Below, one piece after another: positions 33,484-43,636 of a stretch of DNA of 64,000 bases. The notes below the pieces were generated by a model. That model made no database searches. It was not told the origin of the DNA and saw nothing but the letters and a program-made list of their open reading frames with translations. Where the stretch lies: IMG/VR virus record IMGVR_UViG_3300022752_000015, positions 1 to 64,000 of that record; one strand, 5' to 3'. How positions within the stretch are numbered: position 1 is the first letter of the stretch; every line of letters begins with the position of its first letter. The position numbers and the translations under genes were made by a program.

Positions 33484-33776
33484 GTTGATTTTTCTACGCC
33501 CGTCAATGCCTCAAGAAATAGATCAAACGTATCTTTATGCGCAACTGCTTGTTGGATCTTGACGACCTTAAGAGCAGATTGCAAAGTTTTCATATCTAGC
33601 TTTTCAGAGTACTCTTCAATGATCTCTTTTCGATCTCCTTTTAAGAGCTCTATCTCATTATCAATAGATTCGATCTTGTGGATAAACTCTTTAACTAGAG
33701 TGCGCAGAGAGTTAATCTCATCTGGCTGCATCGTTTCTACGTTGTAATTTTTTTGAGAAGCATTTTTTTTAGACAT
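33480..33776 (-). CDS. GapR/DUF2312/T4 DsbA-like dsDNA-binding protein
   Basis: LVKEFIHKIESIDNEIELLKGDRKEIIEEY...LDMKTL helical pattern. Confidence 0.6.
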   Translation of the reverse strand: MSKKNASQKNYNVETMQPDEINSLRTLVKEFIHKIESIDNEIELLKGDRKEIIEEYSEKLDMKTLQSALKVVKIQQAVAHKDTFDLFLEALTGVEKST

Positions 33777-33782
33777 ACAATG

Positions 33783-33811
33783 ATTATAATCTAAAAAAAA
33801 TCCTTGTTCAA
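33783..33811 (-). promoter_or_regulatory. sigma70 promoter TTGAAC-N17-TATAAT, leaderless ATG 6 nt downstream
   Basis: near-consensus hexamers. Confidence 0.7.
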
Positions 33812-33815
33812 TCAA

Positions 33816-34709
33816 TTATTCTTTGGCGCTGATGCCGATCATCGCAGCAATTTTCTTTATTTCTTCAGAGTATCTGGCGGGTAATCCTTTTTTAGACATT
33901 ATATCAGAAGTTGAAATCCCTTTTTCCTTCATCTGACCAACTATCTTATCTCTTTCTTGCTTCAAAGTTTTGATTGAAGTCATGAAAATTTGATGTTTAC
34001 CAGCTTCTAAAATCTTTTCTTCCGCTTGCTTTTTCTCTGCTTCAGGTTTTTCCGACAGCTCAGCTGACATCTTGTCTATTGTCTCTTTCGGTGCATTCAG
34101 CTGTTGCAAGTTCTTTGCAGATTTAACTTTTGAAAGATCATTTTTGATCTTACCGAAATATCTATCGACGGCTGCATGAGCTTTTTCGACCAGCTCAGCA
34201 GGAACCTGCGGTAATTTTTGCTTTTTTCCTGCGTCTTCCTCACGCTCTAACAAGACAGAGTTACTTTTTCTTACATTTTCCAGCGCGGCTTTTGCCGTCA
34301 TCACGGCCGCTGGGTTATATAAAAAACCGATTGCGACTAAATCGCTAGCCAGCAAAGCTTTTATACCGGCCGATCTTGCACCTTCATACTCACTTCTTAT
34401 CTTCGATATTTCATTGTTGTACGCGTCTTTGGCGGCTTGATAATTCGGCTCCCAAGCGCCAGCTGTCAAGAGACCTAATCCTCCGCTAAGAGACACGCGC
34501 ACGAGCCTTTTTGCTCCAGAGAATAGTTCTTTTGCTCTACCTTTCAGGATCTTAAAAATGTCAGTAACAGGGTCTACAAACGCTGTCTTTATGGCCGTCC
34601 CACCAAAGGTACTGCCACCTGACATGTAGGATGACGAATAGTCACCTGACATTTCTTCTGCTAAAATTCGTCTAACGTACTCTCTTAATAATTTATTTTC
34701 TTGCATCAC
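33816..34709 (-). CDS. hypothetical protein with N-terminal LLREYVRRIL helix
   Basis: 297-aa ORF. Confidence 0.75.
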   Translation of the reverse strand: MMQENKLLREYVRRILAEEMSGDYSSSYMSGGSTFGGTAIKTAFVDPVTDIFKILKGRAKELFSGAKRLVRVSLSGGLGLLTAGAWEPNYQAAKDAYNNEISKIRSEYEGARSAGIKALLASDLVAIGFLYNPAAVMTAKAALENVRKSNSVLLEREEDAGKKQKLPQVPAELVEKAHAAVDRYFGKIKNDLSKVKSAKNLQQLNAPKETIDKMSAELSEKPEAEKKQAEEKILEAGKHQIFMTSIKTLKQERDKIVGQMKEKGISTSDIMSKKGLPARYSEEIKKIAAMIGISAKE

Positions 34710-34941
34710 GACTCTTAATTATCAGTTTAACGTTAGTTAATTTTTCCCATTTTTCCACAATCTTACATTCAAATTCATTTAACGTCTGTTGCTTGGTCAG
34801 CGGATCTCTAGTAGAAAAAAACTTCCTATCAGATGGAGGCAAGGATTTTAAAATTTCCTTTTTTATAGTCTGCCAATCTTTCACGTTCATAGCATAACTA
34901 CGTATTTCTAACAAAATTTGCTCTAGCTTCTTTTCATCCAT
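34693..34941 (-). CDS. hypothetical protein
   Basis: coupled ORF. Confidence 0.6.
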   Translation of the reverse strand: MDEKKLEQILLEIRSYAMNVKDWQTIKKEILKSLPPSDRKFFSTRDPLTKQQTLNEFECKIVEKWEKLTNVKLIIKSRDARK

Positions 34942-35353
34942 TTCCCATCTCCAACATCAAAAGAGCTGCATCGAAGATAGGATGCTGATACGAGCACAAC
35001 GGAGGCAACTTTTTTATATCGAACCATCTTGCTTCTACGACTTCTGAAGCTTCATGACCGCTGCTCGGCTCACGATCGCATGTTTGTATTGCTAGGAAAG
35101 GTATCACAATTTTTTTATATTTTTTTCTTGTTATGAACACGTGGGGTAATTGCGTGATTATTTTTATGTCAATTCCAGCCTCTTCGAGGGTTTCTCTAAC
35201 AGCTGTCTCTACGTATGTTTCGCCATACTCCATGTGGCCTTTCGGAATTCCCCAAGATTCATCATTTGTAGACTGCTTCACCAATAAGATTTGCGTGCAA
35301 GTAGGTTGCTTTCTATAAACTACAGCTCCGCATGAAAATCTTGTTGGTACCAT
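34934..35353 (-). CDS. Nudix hydrolase
   Basis: PKGHMEYGETYVETAVRETLEEAGI Nudix box. Confidence 0.9.
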   Translation of the reverse strand: MVPTRFSCGAVVYRKQPTCTQILLVKQSTNDESWGIPKGHMEYGETYVETAVRETLEEAGIDIKIITQLPHVFITRKKYKKIVIPFLAIQTCDREPSSGHEASEVVEARWFDIKKLPPLCSYQHPIFDAALLMLEMGNG

Positions 35354-35407
35354 AAATTCTAAATTTATCCTGTTAAGTAGATAAATATAGGATTATTAGA
35401 TCTAGAT

Positions 35408-36421
35408 ATGCCATATAACAATAGAAAAAACAGCGTAACATTGCTTAGAGAGTACGTAAAACAATTGCTTGAAGTAAAAGTCACTATTAATGACGAAGAA
35501 TTCGAAGTTCCTAATAAAGTCGCAGAAAAAATTAAAGCTCGTATTTTAAAGGCAACAACTAAAGATCGGACATCTCCAGTAGAGCAAGGGTCAAAACCTT
35601 CCGCGAAAGAATCCCAAGATTATGAAAATTTGCTACAAAGCATAGATCGTATCGACCCAGCAGTCTCTGAAAAACTAAAAGGAATTGTAGAAAGCACAAA
35701 CGTGTTAAGAGATGAACTCAAGATTCTACTTTCAAAAAAAGATCCAGTGAAGCTAGAGGCTTCTTTATTTAAGCTGGCTGCAACGCCTGCTAATACGTCA
35801 ATAAATGTACCTGAAGTTTTGCGTGATGTAGCAAGATTGTCTACTAATCCTAAAGCCGGTGGTATGCAAATTGGAGCAGGCGAAATTGTGATTCGTCTGA
35901 TGTTTGAAAACACAAGCGCTGGTGAAAAAAGCAATTCTTTATATGATGTAACAATCAACAATGAACCGTGGCACGTTAAAGCTGGATCTAGAACCGCTGG
36001 AATCAAGATGGGTTCAGCAAAAGGAAAATTGCTTACTAGCACGCCATTCGTACTAAAACTCGTAAGAATGGGTATTTCAGACATTAGCGATTTGACAGAG
36101 TTTGGTCAAAAACAATTCGCAAATCTTCTAAAGAAATGGTCAGATGAATTCAAGAAAAACGACTTGCAAGATTACACGCCGGAAAATATCTACAAAATAA
36201 TCAATGCTGAAGCTATCAAAGCCGCAGTGGGAGATGCAGTAGGCATTGTGTGGTATGAGAATAATTCGTTGTTTTTTGCTACAAAAGATATTATCTCGAT
36301 AGTTGCGACGACGCAAGGTGGAAGAATCGTGGTTTCCGTCGCAGGAAAAGAAAAAATTCTAAGTTTAATCAACTCTCAGCAGCCTGAAAGCGGCAAGGTT
36401 AAAAGAAAGACGAAATTGTAA
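35408..36421 (+). CDS. LLREYV-helix protein with possible degenerate PD-(D/E)XK domain
   Basis: GAGEIVI...YDVTINNEPWHVKA. Confidence 0.6.
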   Translation: MPYNNRKNSVTLLREYVKQLLEVKVTINDEEFEVPNKVAEKIKARILKATTKDRTSPVEQGSKPSAKESQDYENLLQSIDRIDPAVSEKLKGIVESTNVLRDELKILLSKKDPVKLEASLFKLAATPANTSINVPEVLRDVARLSTNPKAGGMQIGAGEIVIRLMFENTSAGEKSNSLYDVTINNEPWHVKAGSRTAGIKMGSAKGKLLTSTPFVLKLVRMGISDISDLTEFGQKQFANLLKKWSDEFKKNDLQDYTPENIYKIINAEAIKAAVGDAVGIVWYENNSLFFATKDIISIVATTQGGRIVVSVAGKEKILSLINSQQPESGKVKRKTKL

Positions 36422-36438
36422 AAGACGAAAAGTAATTT

Positions 36439-36711
36439 TTATTTTTCGTCTTCAACTTTTTCTTTTTTTATAGCAGCTTTTAACTGACGTTTGATGTCAT
36501 TAACAACATTTCTATAATGGGCTCTTTTTTCAGAGCCCTTCTTTTGCTTGTCACGCCAGTACTCAGCTTCTTTCAAACGGCGCTTGAGATCTGAGATGTG
36601 CTTTCTTGATCCCCATTTGGCCTTTTGACCGTCAGATATGTCGGCTTCTCTAATCTTTTTTTCAAGTATTAAAGCAACATATTCAAGCAGAATTTTCTCT
36701 GAATCCTTCAT
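36439..36711 (-). CDS. hypothetical protein with N-terminal LLEYVALIL helix
   Basis: ORF. Confidence 0.65.
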   Translation of the reverse strand: MKDSEKILLEYVALILEKKIREADISDGQKAKWGSRKHISDLKRRLKEAEYWRDKQKKGSEKRAHYRNVVNDIKRQLKAAIKKEKVEDEK

Positions 36712-36892
36712 TTTCAGCCTTGTCTATCGCAATTTTAAATACATCAAATATGTACATACGTATGTGATCATCTGTTACATTTTCAGCTTTAGCTAGCTGA
36801 AAATGTGAAGAGATTCTTTCAAGAAATCCTGGTCTCATAGAGACTTCAAGCACTTCACCATCATGTAATTGTATTCGCCTAACTTCTTCCAT
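36683..36892 (-). CDS. hypothetical protein
   Basis: ORF with TATAAT upstream. Confidence 0.6.
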   Translation of the reverse strand: MEEVRRIQLHDGEVLEVSMRPGFLERISSHFQLAKAENVTDDHIRMYIFDVFKIAIDKAENEGFRENSA

Positions 36893-36910
36893 AATGATTG
36901 AATTATAATA

Positions 36911-37411
36911 CTATTTCTTCTTGGGTTCAATCGGGGCGGGAGGAGAAGTATCTTCTGAAGGACTAGAAGACTTTGTAGTCTCTTCAGACTCTGGCTTTTT
37001 TATCACATTCGGCGTGACAGAAACCTTTTGCTTTTCAGATGACTTCTTTTTCATCTTCACTTTAGAAGGAGTGTCTGTTGGTTCAAACGCTTTGGTTCCT
37101 GATACACCTGCAGTAACTATTTCAGATATGCCCTTTAAAAATGCAAGAAGCGCTGTTTTTTCTGGCTTGTCAAGATCTTCTAAGTATTTTTGCATATTTG
37201 CTAGAACTTCTTCATCCTTAAAAGATTTTCCTGATCGAATTACGTTCAACTTATCGACCACATCCTCGACAGAAATATCTCCTGTTGATAAAGCTTCCGC
37301 ATCTTTTTTCTCAGACAGTCTTATCTTTTCAGAATAAGATTCTTTAATAATCTCAGATAAAAAACTGCTAAGCGTTTCTCCAGATTTTATAGTAGGACGA
37401 TTAGACATCAT
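36911..37411 (-). CDS. hypothetical protein
   Basis: VVDKLNVIRSGKSFKD motif. Confidence 0.7.
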   Translation of the reverse strand: MMSNRPTIKSGETLSSFLSEIIKESYSEKIRLSEKKDAEALSTGDISVEDVVDKLNVIRSGKSFKDEEVLANMQKYLEDLDKPEKTALLAFLKGISEIVTAGVSGTKAFEPTDTPSKVKMKKKSSEKQKVSVTPNVIKKPESEETTKSSSPSEDTSPPAPIEPKKK

Positions 37412-37624
37412 AACACCTTAGAAAATCTAATGCGATTTGAAGCACGCTCTGTATACTTTTTTACATATTTACGCTGCGGAGTTTCTTCAACTAATTCCTG
37501 CTTTTTCTTTGACTCTTTAATGAGAATATCATCCATAAATTTGTCAAAATTTATATCTTGTTCATCTCGTTCCATTGTGACGTGACTCCTGGTATAACTA
37601 TATATTAGACGCTTGAATCAATCA

Positions 37625-38005
37625 TTAAACAGATTTAATGCTTAATTCTAGATTGCACTCTTGATCTTCAACGTTGATGTCTAACATTTTCACTTGTTGA
37701 ACTGCATAATGACCGTTCAATTTTATTAAGTTGTCTTTTAAAACAAAGTTGACATCATCAAACTTTAAAAAGCTTTTCAACTTCATTATATGAAAAGCTT
37801 TATCAATTTGCATTTTCATGTTGATACTAACTTCATTGGAAATAGAAAATGATGTAATGGGGCCATCTAGCTCCAATGAAGCATTAGAATCTTTAAGATA
37901 AATGCAAACAGCTGAAAACAAATAATCAGACAAAGATCCTTCTATGTCAGGTATCTGACCTTCAAGTTCTTTGCTGACTAAAATTCTAGAATCATTCTCT
38001 TTCAT
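37625..38005 (-). CDS. hypothetical protein
   Basis: coupled ORF. Confidence 0.6.
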   Translation of the reverse strand: MKENDSRILVSKELEGQIPDIEGSLSDYLFSAVCIYLKDSNASLELDGPITSFSISNEVSINMKMQIDKAFHIMKLKSFLKFDDVNFVLKDNLIKLNGHYAVQQVKMLDINVEDQECNLELSIKSV

Positions 38006-38372
38006 ACAGCGGATTATACGCTATGTCTTTACAAATTAAATCCGCATATCTGCTGTAAGCTTTGTCTAGCTCTGTCGTTTTGTTCTTTTCTAGAGTTTCT
38101 AGTTCTACAAAAACTACTTTTTTGTCTATTCTTAGTCTAGCATGATGACCAGACTCTGACTCGTAACTTAATAGAGATGTTACAAATCTGTTTCTATCTT
38201 GTAGGCTTTCAAAGAAAAACTTCTTTACATAAGAGTTTCCGTCATCAAGAAAGGACCATTTTTCAATCGCTATGATTGGTTTATCAACATTCTTTACAAC
38301 CTTAACCGGGGCATCGACGACCGATCTAAAAGAATCGCGTATAAAATTTCGGTTGATTTCTACAAGCTTCAT
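37992..38372 (-). CDS. pterin-4a-carbinolamine dehydratase-like protein
   Basis: W...YVKKFFF...RFV...GHHA...TELD..Y...D pattern. Confidence 0.6.
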   Translation of the reverse strand: MKLVEINRNFIRDSFRSVVDAPVKVVKNVDKPIIAIEKWSFLDDGNSYVKKFFFESLQDRNRFVTSLLSYESESGHHARLRIDKKVVFVELETLEKNKTTELDKAYSRYADLICKDIAYNPLYERE

Positions 38373-39130
38373 AGTTCAATTATACCACCAACGACGGCTT
38401 CGTTCAAAAAGCTGGAACCATGTGTGTAGACTTGTTTGTTACGAGTAACTATACAAGAACCGCCTTTGAATGTCAAATCTCTTTCTTTTCCAACGCGATT
38501 AGAAACGATGATATTTGCATTCGTTTGTTCGGCAAGTTCTACCCATGTATGATCCGGATGACCTACATTCCCACCCCAGTTTGTCAATAATGCTATAGTA
38601 TCAACCGACCCTTTTCTATAGAATCTTTGATCTTCTTTGTAAAACTTGTAACTTTCTCTATAGACATTCATAGCATCTCTACAGATCAAAGCGCCAAGTC
38701 GACCAGCTCTTGTTATAACAACGGGATTAAATGCTTCTGAAGACTCTGCCCACAAATAATCGTTAGCCCAAAGATTGTGTTTTTGAAAATTAGCGCTAAC
38801 GCCATTTGGACCTACGACTACAGCTGAATTATACAGCTTTCCTTCATTCAATTCTACGTATCCGACCACGATGTGACAATTGTACTGTTTAGCTATTGGC
38901 AGAAATGCTTCAGTTTGGTAACCATCTCTAGTTTGCGCACATTGAGAAGCTTCTTGTTTATTGCGCAATACATAACCGCTGATGCACAATTCTGGTAGTA
39001 CCACTACGCTCGCTCCTTTTGCTGCGGCTTCATGAGCAAGATAACGAGCAGTAGAAAGATTCTTTTGTACGTCAAGAATCTTCGGTTCGAATTGTACTGC
39101 AGCGGCTATGGTAGCATTAAACATTTTCAA
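38369..39130 (-). CDS. carbon-nitrogen hydrolase (nitrilase family)
   Basis: LPELCISGY, YNSAVVV, FQKHNL, GALICRD, SNRVG; E-K-C triad. Confidence 0.9.
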   Translation of the reverse strand: MKMFNATIAAAVQFEPKILDVQKNLSTARYLAHEAAAKGASVVVLPELCISGYVLRNKQEASQCAQTRDGYQTEAFLPIAKQYNCHIVVGYVELNEGKLYNSAVVVGPNGVSANFQKHNLWANDYLWAESSEAFNPVVITRAGRLGALICRDAMNVYRESYKFYKEDQRFYRKGSVDTIALLTNWGGNVGHPDHTWVELAEQTNANIIVSNRVGKERDLTFKGGSCIVTRNKQVYTHGSSFLNEAVVGGIIEL

Positions 39131-40077
39131 CGTCCACGCAATCTAGATTCGTTTTTTGCTGTCTCAAGCGTCTTTTTAGCTTTTCTTAAATCTTTATCTA
39201 AAAATTCTCTAAATCCGTCGAGCGTTCTAACTATAGCTGGATTGTCTTTCAACATCTTTACTTCTTGAGGTGTAAGTTCTCCAGTCGAAGATAAAACGTC
39301 GATATAATCTGACATTGATTGTAGAACTAAAATCTCTAAAGTGTCAGGATCAAATAAATCCATCTTAGTTACAAGTTTAGCTTTTTCTAAAGCTTTCTCA
39401 ACGGCTTGTTTTGCACCAGATTCTGCAGCAAATCCTAGCTCTTTTGCAATCTCTTTAAATGAGGAACCACCAACGTCTGTCATCATGACATTCTTACGTC
39501 CTGTCGGTTCTGATTCTGCTTCATCTTCTAAGTCTGACATTTTCATAGTTGAAAATGTTTTTTGAAGCTGCGACTTATTCTTTTCAAATTTTGCTTTTTG
39601 TTCTGCTGGTGTTCCTGATTTACTAGAAACCCCTGGATCTACCTTCGTTACTTGTGGATAAGTAGAAGGATCTACTTTGGGTAGTTCACTCCACAACTTG
39701 TCGGCAGCCATTTGGCGTTTTTCTGACGCTGAAATTTCAGATAATAGTTTTCTAACCGTAGCACGAATAGTTGATTCAACTTGGGTATTCTTCATCTCTT
39801 CACCTTGCTTCTCTAGCGCATCTTTTACAGCTATATAAACAGCGGGAACTTGATCGTCTTCTACGTTGCATATTGTGCGCAAAGCAGATAACAACTCGAC
39901 TTTATTTTGAGGTGTGAAATTAGAATTAGCAGAATTGACCTCGGCAGCATCAGGAGCTACAACGGGACTTATTCTAACAGGCATATTTCCATCTAAATGA
40001 CTATTCGTCGACGGAGAATCTAACATCTCTCTCAAAAACTCTCTCAAAGCAGATTCTGTTATGACAATCGAATTCAT
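39127..40077 (-). CDS. hypothetical protein with LREFLRE and VRKLLSE helices
   Basis: 316-aa ORF. Confidence 0.7.
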   Translation of the reverse strand: MNSIVITESALREFLREMLDSPSTNSHLDGNMPVRISPVVAPDAAEVNSANSNFTPQNKVELLSALRTICNVEDDQVPAVYIAVKDALEKQGEEMKNTQVESTIRATVRKLLSEISASEKRQMAADKLWSELPKVDPSTYPQVTKVDPGVSSKSGTPAEQKAKFEKNKSQLQKTFSTMKMSDLEDEAESEPTGRKNVMMTDVGGSSFKEIAKELGFAAESGAKQAVEKALEKAKLVTKMDLFDPDTLEILVLQSMSDYIDVLSSTGELTPQEVKMLKDNPAIVRTLDGFREFLDKDLRKAKKTLETAKNESRLRGR

Positions 40078-40112
40078 AATATACTTCGATAACTATAACG
40101 TTATTTCCTAAT

Positions 40113-40475
40113 TTACTGATCAGATTTTGTTTCAGGCGTGGAAGAATACTTTGCCTCAGTTAACCTTCTACCAAAATACAAGCTTAAAGCTGGTAAGAAA
40201 TAAGCCATGCACGCCCCTACGTCAAAAGGCCTAAAGGATACCGGTCCTAATTTTTCAAAAGCTGCAACAAGATAGACTAAAGTTGTCACTAAAAACGAAA
40301 TTGACGCGAATGTCACACTCACTGATTTACGACCTTTGTCGTTCCTCATCCACCACCACGGGATAGCGGAAGATTTCTTTTCTTCATTCTCAACAATTTT
40401 TACTGGTTTTGCCATAAACGGTTCAAGAGTAGGAGGCGGGATGCTGTTATTTCTTCTCATTGTAATTTTCCTCAA
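40113..40475 (-). CDS. two-TM membrane protein, holin-like
   Basis: two hydrophobic segments; no family match recalled. Confidence 0.45.
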   Translation of the reverse strand: MRKITMRRNNSIPPPTLEPFMAKPVKIVENEEKKSSAIPWWWMRNDKGRKSVSVTFASISFLVTTLVYLVAAFEKLGPVSFRPFDVGACMAYFLPALSLYFGRRLTEAKYSSTPETKSDQ

Positions 40476-41002
40476 TTAGAAACGGCTGTTATTATAGAAG
40501 CTGTTGTTGTTGTTACGACAACGCCTGCAGCAAGGCCCAATAAAGACCACATGACTGGATTTGGTCTTGATTCTATTTCTGCTTTGATGGTAGAGTCTAG
40601 CAATTCAATTTGCTTTTTCTTTTCTTCTACGCTGACTTCTAACACTTTTTTATCTGCTGTACATCTATTTTCAAAGATTTGCTGTTTGTATGCAAATTCT
40701 GCCGTCGTTGTTTCTACCGCTTTCTTTACTTCAATATCAATCTTTTCTTGTTGAAACTTTATTTCAGAGATGATCGTCGCAATAGCCATCGGAGACAGCA
40801 AGACACCAGTAAAAGGAGCAAACTGAGATTTTCGCATAGGAGAAATTGCTGTCAAGTCTTTTTCAGAACTAGGCATCTCAGGAACAACGTCTTTGACAAC
40901 TTTAGACAGTTCAACATTAGGACCTTTCTTTTCATCAGAAACAGCCCAAGAAGAAATCGTGAATATAAATGCAGATAAGAACAACGGTATAATTTTTTTC
41001 AT
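40472..41002 (-). CDS. secreted/membrane coiled-coil protein, possible spanin-like
   Basis: signal peptide, coiled coil, C-terminal TM. Confidence 0.45.
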   Translation of the reverse strand: MKKIIPLFLSAFIFTISSWAVSDEKKGPNVELSKVVKDVVPEMPSSEKDLTAISPMRKSQFAPFTGVLLSPMAIATIISEIKFQQEKIDIEVKKAVETTTAEFAYKQQIFENRCTADKKVLEVSVEEKKKQIELLDSTIKAEIESRPNPVMWSLLGLAAGVVVTTTTASIITAVSN

Positions 41003-41004
41003 AT

Positions 41005-41415
41005 TTACTCCGGAAGAATTATCTTAAATCCCGTAACTTCAGAAAGCTTCTTTGCTAGCTCTTCTGGGTCGTCTGAGTACTTTTCGACAAGATCTTTTAT
41101 TTCTTCTTTTTTCTTTTTTTCTAATTCTACTTTTGCATCGTCATACTGTTTTTGGACATCAACAAGCTTTTTCTTTAGTTGTGACAACGCTTCATCATTT
41201 TGTCTGCGTTCTTCTTTTCTTGCATTTTCAATCTGACTGATTCTTTCTTCGTACGCTGTTCGAGTAGATTGAAGTTGTTGCGTTAAAGAGATTCTATCTT
41301 TTTGCAAGAATAACAACACTAAAATAGTAAAAATCGCAATCGCAAAATATCTCCAATTTTTTTTCAAAAAAGGTAATAACTTGCTCATATCAATTTGGTT
41401 TGTCTTTTCTCGCAT
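41005..41415 (-). CDS. N-terminal TM coiled-coil protein, possible i-spanin-like
   Basis: TM followed by heptads. Confidence 0.45.
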   Translation of the reverse strand: MREKTNQIDMSKLLPFLKKNWRYFAIAIFTILVLLFLQKDRISLTQQLQSTRTAYEERISQIENARKEERRQNDEALSQLKKKLVDVQKQYDDAKVELEKKKKEEIKDLVEKYSDDPEELAKKLSEVTGFKIILPE

Positions 41416-41680
41416 TTTTTATTTGACCTACGTCTTCAAAATTTTCTCTAATAGAATCTTGCGTTAAGTTTTCCATCAGTTCAGAGATAGCAATTTGATG
41501 AACGTGTAACGCTTTAGTAAGAGTCGACAAAGATTCTTTGATGCTTTTTATCTCATTGGTCAACACCAACATGTTATTGACGACGGTTGACATGACTCGA
41601 GAAGACCCTATTGCGACATCGATAATCTCTTCAAGCAGACTCATCTTCTTTTTTTCGCTTTCCTCTTTTGTCTTCTGCAT
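41390..41680 (-). CDS. hypothetical coiled-coil protein
   Basis: ORF; start uncertain. Confidence 0.5.
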   Translation of the reverse strand: MQKTKEESEKKKMSLLEEIIDVAIGSSRVMSTVVNNMLVLTNEIKSIKESLSTLTKALHVHQIAISELMENLTQDSIRENFEDVGQIKNARKDKPN

Positions 41681-41969
41681 TGATCATATTATACAGCGTG
41701 TTATGATCTAGTTCATCAATACGTTCACGACTTCCTGTAAATTTCCTAATTGGTTTTTCTAATTCAGCCTGAGCTCTTTTTAACGCAAGATCTTCCAGCA
41801 TTTTTATTGCTTTTCGATCCTCTGTAACAATCAACATCGCAAATTCATCAAAAACAGATTGTATAGACAACTGGTAAGCGAATAATTTTTCTCTTAGACG
41901 TAGATGAACATCTTTCTTCAATTTAACATGAATGCATTTTCTATCATGCAAAATGTCAGTTCTGATCAA
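41631..41969 (-). CDS. hypothetical protein, possible ribbon-helix-helix
   Basis: KCIHVKLKKDVH.LR. Confidence 0.55.
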   Translation of the reverse strand: MIRTDILHDRKCIHVKLKKDVHLRLREKLFAYQLSIQSVFDEFAMLIVTEDRKAIKMLEDLALKRAQAELEKPIRKFTGSRERIDELDHNTLYNMINAEDKRGKRKKEDESA

Positions 41970-42508
41970 GCACCACCTCCAGATGGTCCCATAGCTCTAT
42001 CGGCTGGCGGTGCTGGGAATTTCGAAAATTTTTCTTCTGATTGATTTTTGCCAACTTCTATATCGTACTGTTCTTCTAATATTTCTTTAAATGATTGTAT
42101 GACGCTCGAATCATAACTCTTTGATAAGAAATTTATGGCTCTACGAACCACAGTGTCTCTTACCTCTAAAAGAGAATCGTAGTTATCAATTAAACGAACT
42201 ACACTGTTTGTAAAGGATTCTAGATCTATATCATCGATTGTGAGATCAGATGGAACTTCTTGAACTTTATCATCTTTTTCTTCTTTGTCATCTTCTGCTT
42301 CTAACAGAAAATTTCTCGTCATAATTTTGAAATCAAATCCTTCTTTTTTAACAGAAGTCGCTTCTTTTTCATATTTGGCGAAGTAAGAGTCTATTTGCGA
42401 ATCTAAAGAGTCTTCCGATTCTACTTTAGAAGATTTGCTTTTCTCCTCGAGCAAATGAGATACGCTATCTTTAATAATCTTTTTCAACTCTTTTAAATGA
42501 ATTTTCAT
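41966..42508 (-). CDS. hypothetical protein with N-terminal LKKIIKD helix
   Basis: MKIHLKELKKIIKDSVS. Confidence 0.7.
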   Translation of the reverse strand: MKIHLKELKKIIKDSVSHLLEEKSKSSKVESEDSLDSQIDSYFAKYEKEATSVKKEGFDFKIMTRNFLLEAEDDKEEKDDKVQEVPSDLTIDDIDLESFTNSVVRLIDNYDSLLEVRDTVVRRAINFLSKSYDSSVIQSFKEILEEQYDIEVGKNQSEEKFSKFPAPPADRAMGPSGGGA

Positions 42509-43233
42509 TTTAATACCTGCGCAATTTGCTCGGCTTTCTTAACTCTCTCTTCAACAACATTCCAATTAATTTCTCTCATTTGAGAAACTATATAGCTCTG
42601 TTTGTCGTTCAAGTAATCGCGATAAGCATGTTCCCAAACGTCTAGAACGATCACTGGATATATACCCAACATAACATTAGCGTCATGACTTCCGACGAAC
42701 GTATTCACATATCGTTGCAAAAACATGTGATATCCGCAAACAGCCCAACCAACTCCGGCTGAGTTTGAACATGCTATGAAATCTCTTTGCCAGTCTTCAA
42801 ACGTGCCGAAATCTCGTTCCAATCGTAGATAAGACAAAGAATCCATTGTGATCTCAGAATGAGGATCAAAACAATTCGAGAAGTATAACTCGTGAAGCCA
42901 AATCGCGTTCAGGTTATAAACCTCATCTTTTTTCAGAGATTTATACGATGAGTGACGAGGATTAGCGTCTCCACGTTTTGAAGTGTCAAGTTCAGCAGAT
43001 ACTTTGTTGAATGATTCAACGTAGCCCTTGTAGAGATCATAATGAGCATCTTTGGTTTTTTGAGTAACAAACTCAGTTACTTGTTTAAAAACCTTGGGTT
43101 CAGCAACGTAAGATTCATTTATCTGATCTGCTTGAGGCATTAACCCAATAGATGGCGCTTTTTTAGAAATGCTGTCCTTAACAGCTTTTTTTAATAACGA
43201 GTCTATTTTTTGAGGATCTATAAGCTTGTTCAT
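42505..43233 (-). CDS. Fe/Mn superoxide dismutase family protein with N-terminal extension
   Basis: AHYDLYKGYV, LHELYF, DFGTFEDW, GWAV, LDVWEHAY. Confidence 0.88.
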   Translation of the reverse strand: MNKLIDPQKIDSLLKKAVKDSISKKAPSIGLMPQADQINESYVAEPKVFKQVTEFVTQKTKDAHYDLYKGYVESFNKVSAELDTSKRGDANPRHSSYKSLKKDEVYNLNAIWLHELYFSNCFDPHSEITMDSLSYLRLERDFGTFEDWQRDFIACSNSAGVGWAVCGYHMFLQRYVNTFVGSHDANVMLGIYPVIVLDVWEHAYRDYLNDKQSYIVSQMREINWNVVEERVKKAEQIAQVLK

Positions 43234-43237
43234 TTGA

Positions 43238-43582
43238 TTACTGCCTCTCGAATTCTTTTACAAATTCATCAAAAGTTACCGTTGTTTCTGCCACGCCATC
43301 TTCTTTTTGGTGAGTTAAAGTGATGGTTTTGTTGGTTGGATTCACGTTTGAAACAGTGTACAAAAGACCCTGCCCCGTTCCTTTTTTACTTTTCACCTTG
43401 AATTCAGGAGATATAACTATCTCTTTTTCTCCCTTGAGTGGAAATTCTACAGACAGATCAGTGTCAGCTTTTTTCTTGTCTTTCTTTTCTAATTTATCTT
43501 TTTCAGGGAGGAAAGACTCTATTTTTTTATTCCACTCTTCTCGTAAAAGTCTTATTACTTCTTTTTCTGTTAATTTTTTCAT
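43238..43582 (-). CDS. hypothetical protein with N-terminal IRLLREE helix
   Basis: MKKLTEKEVIRLLREEW. Confidence 0.65.
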   Translation of the reverse strand: MKKLTEKEVIRLLREEWNKKIESFLPEKDKLEKKDKKKADTDLSVEFPLKGEKEIVISPEFKVKSKKGTGQGLLYTVSNVNPTNKTITLTHQKEDGVAETTVTFDEFVKEFERQ

Positions 43583-43636
43583 GAATCTACCCAAACTACA
43601 TAGTAATTATCATGCCGTTTAGTCCACGTTCGGAAT

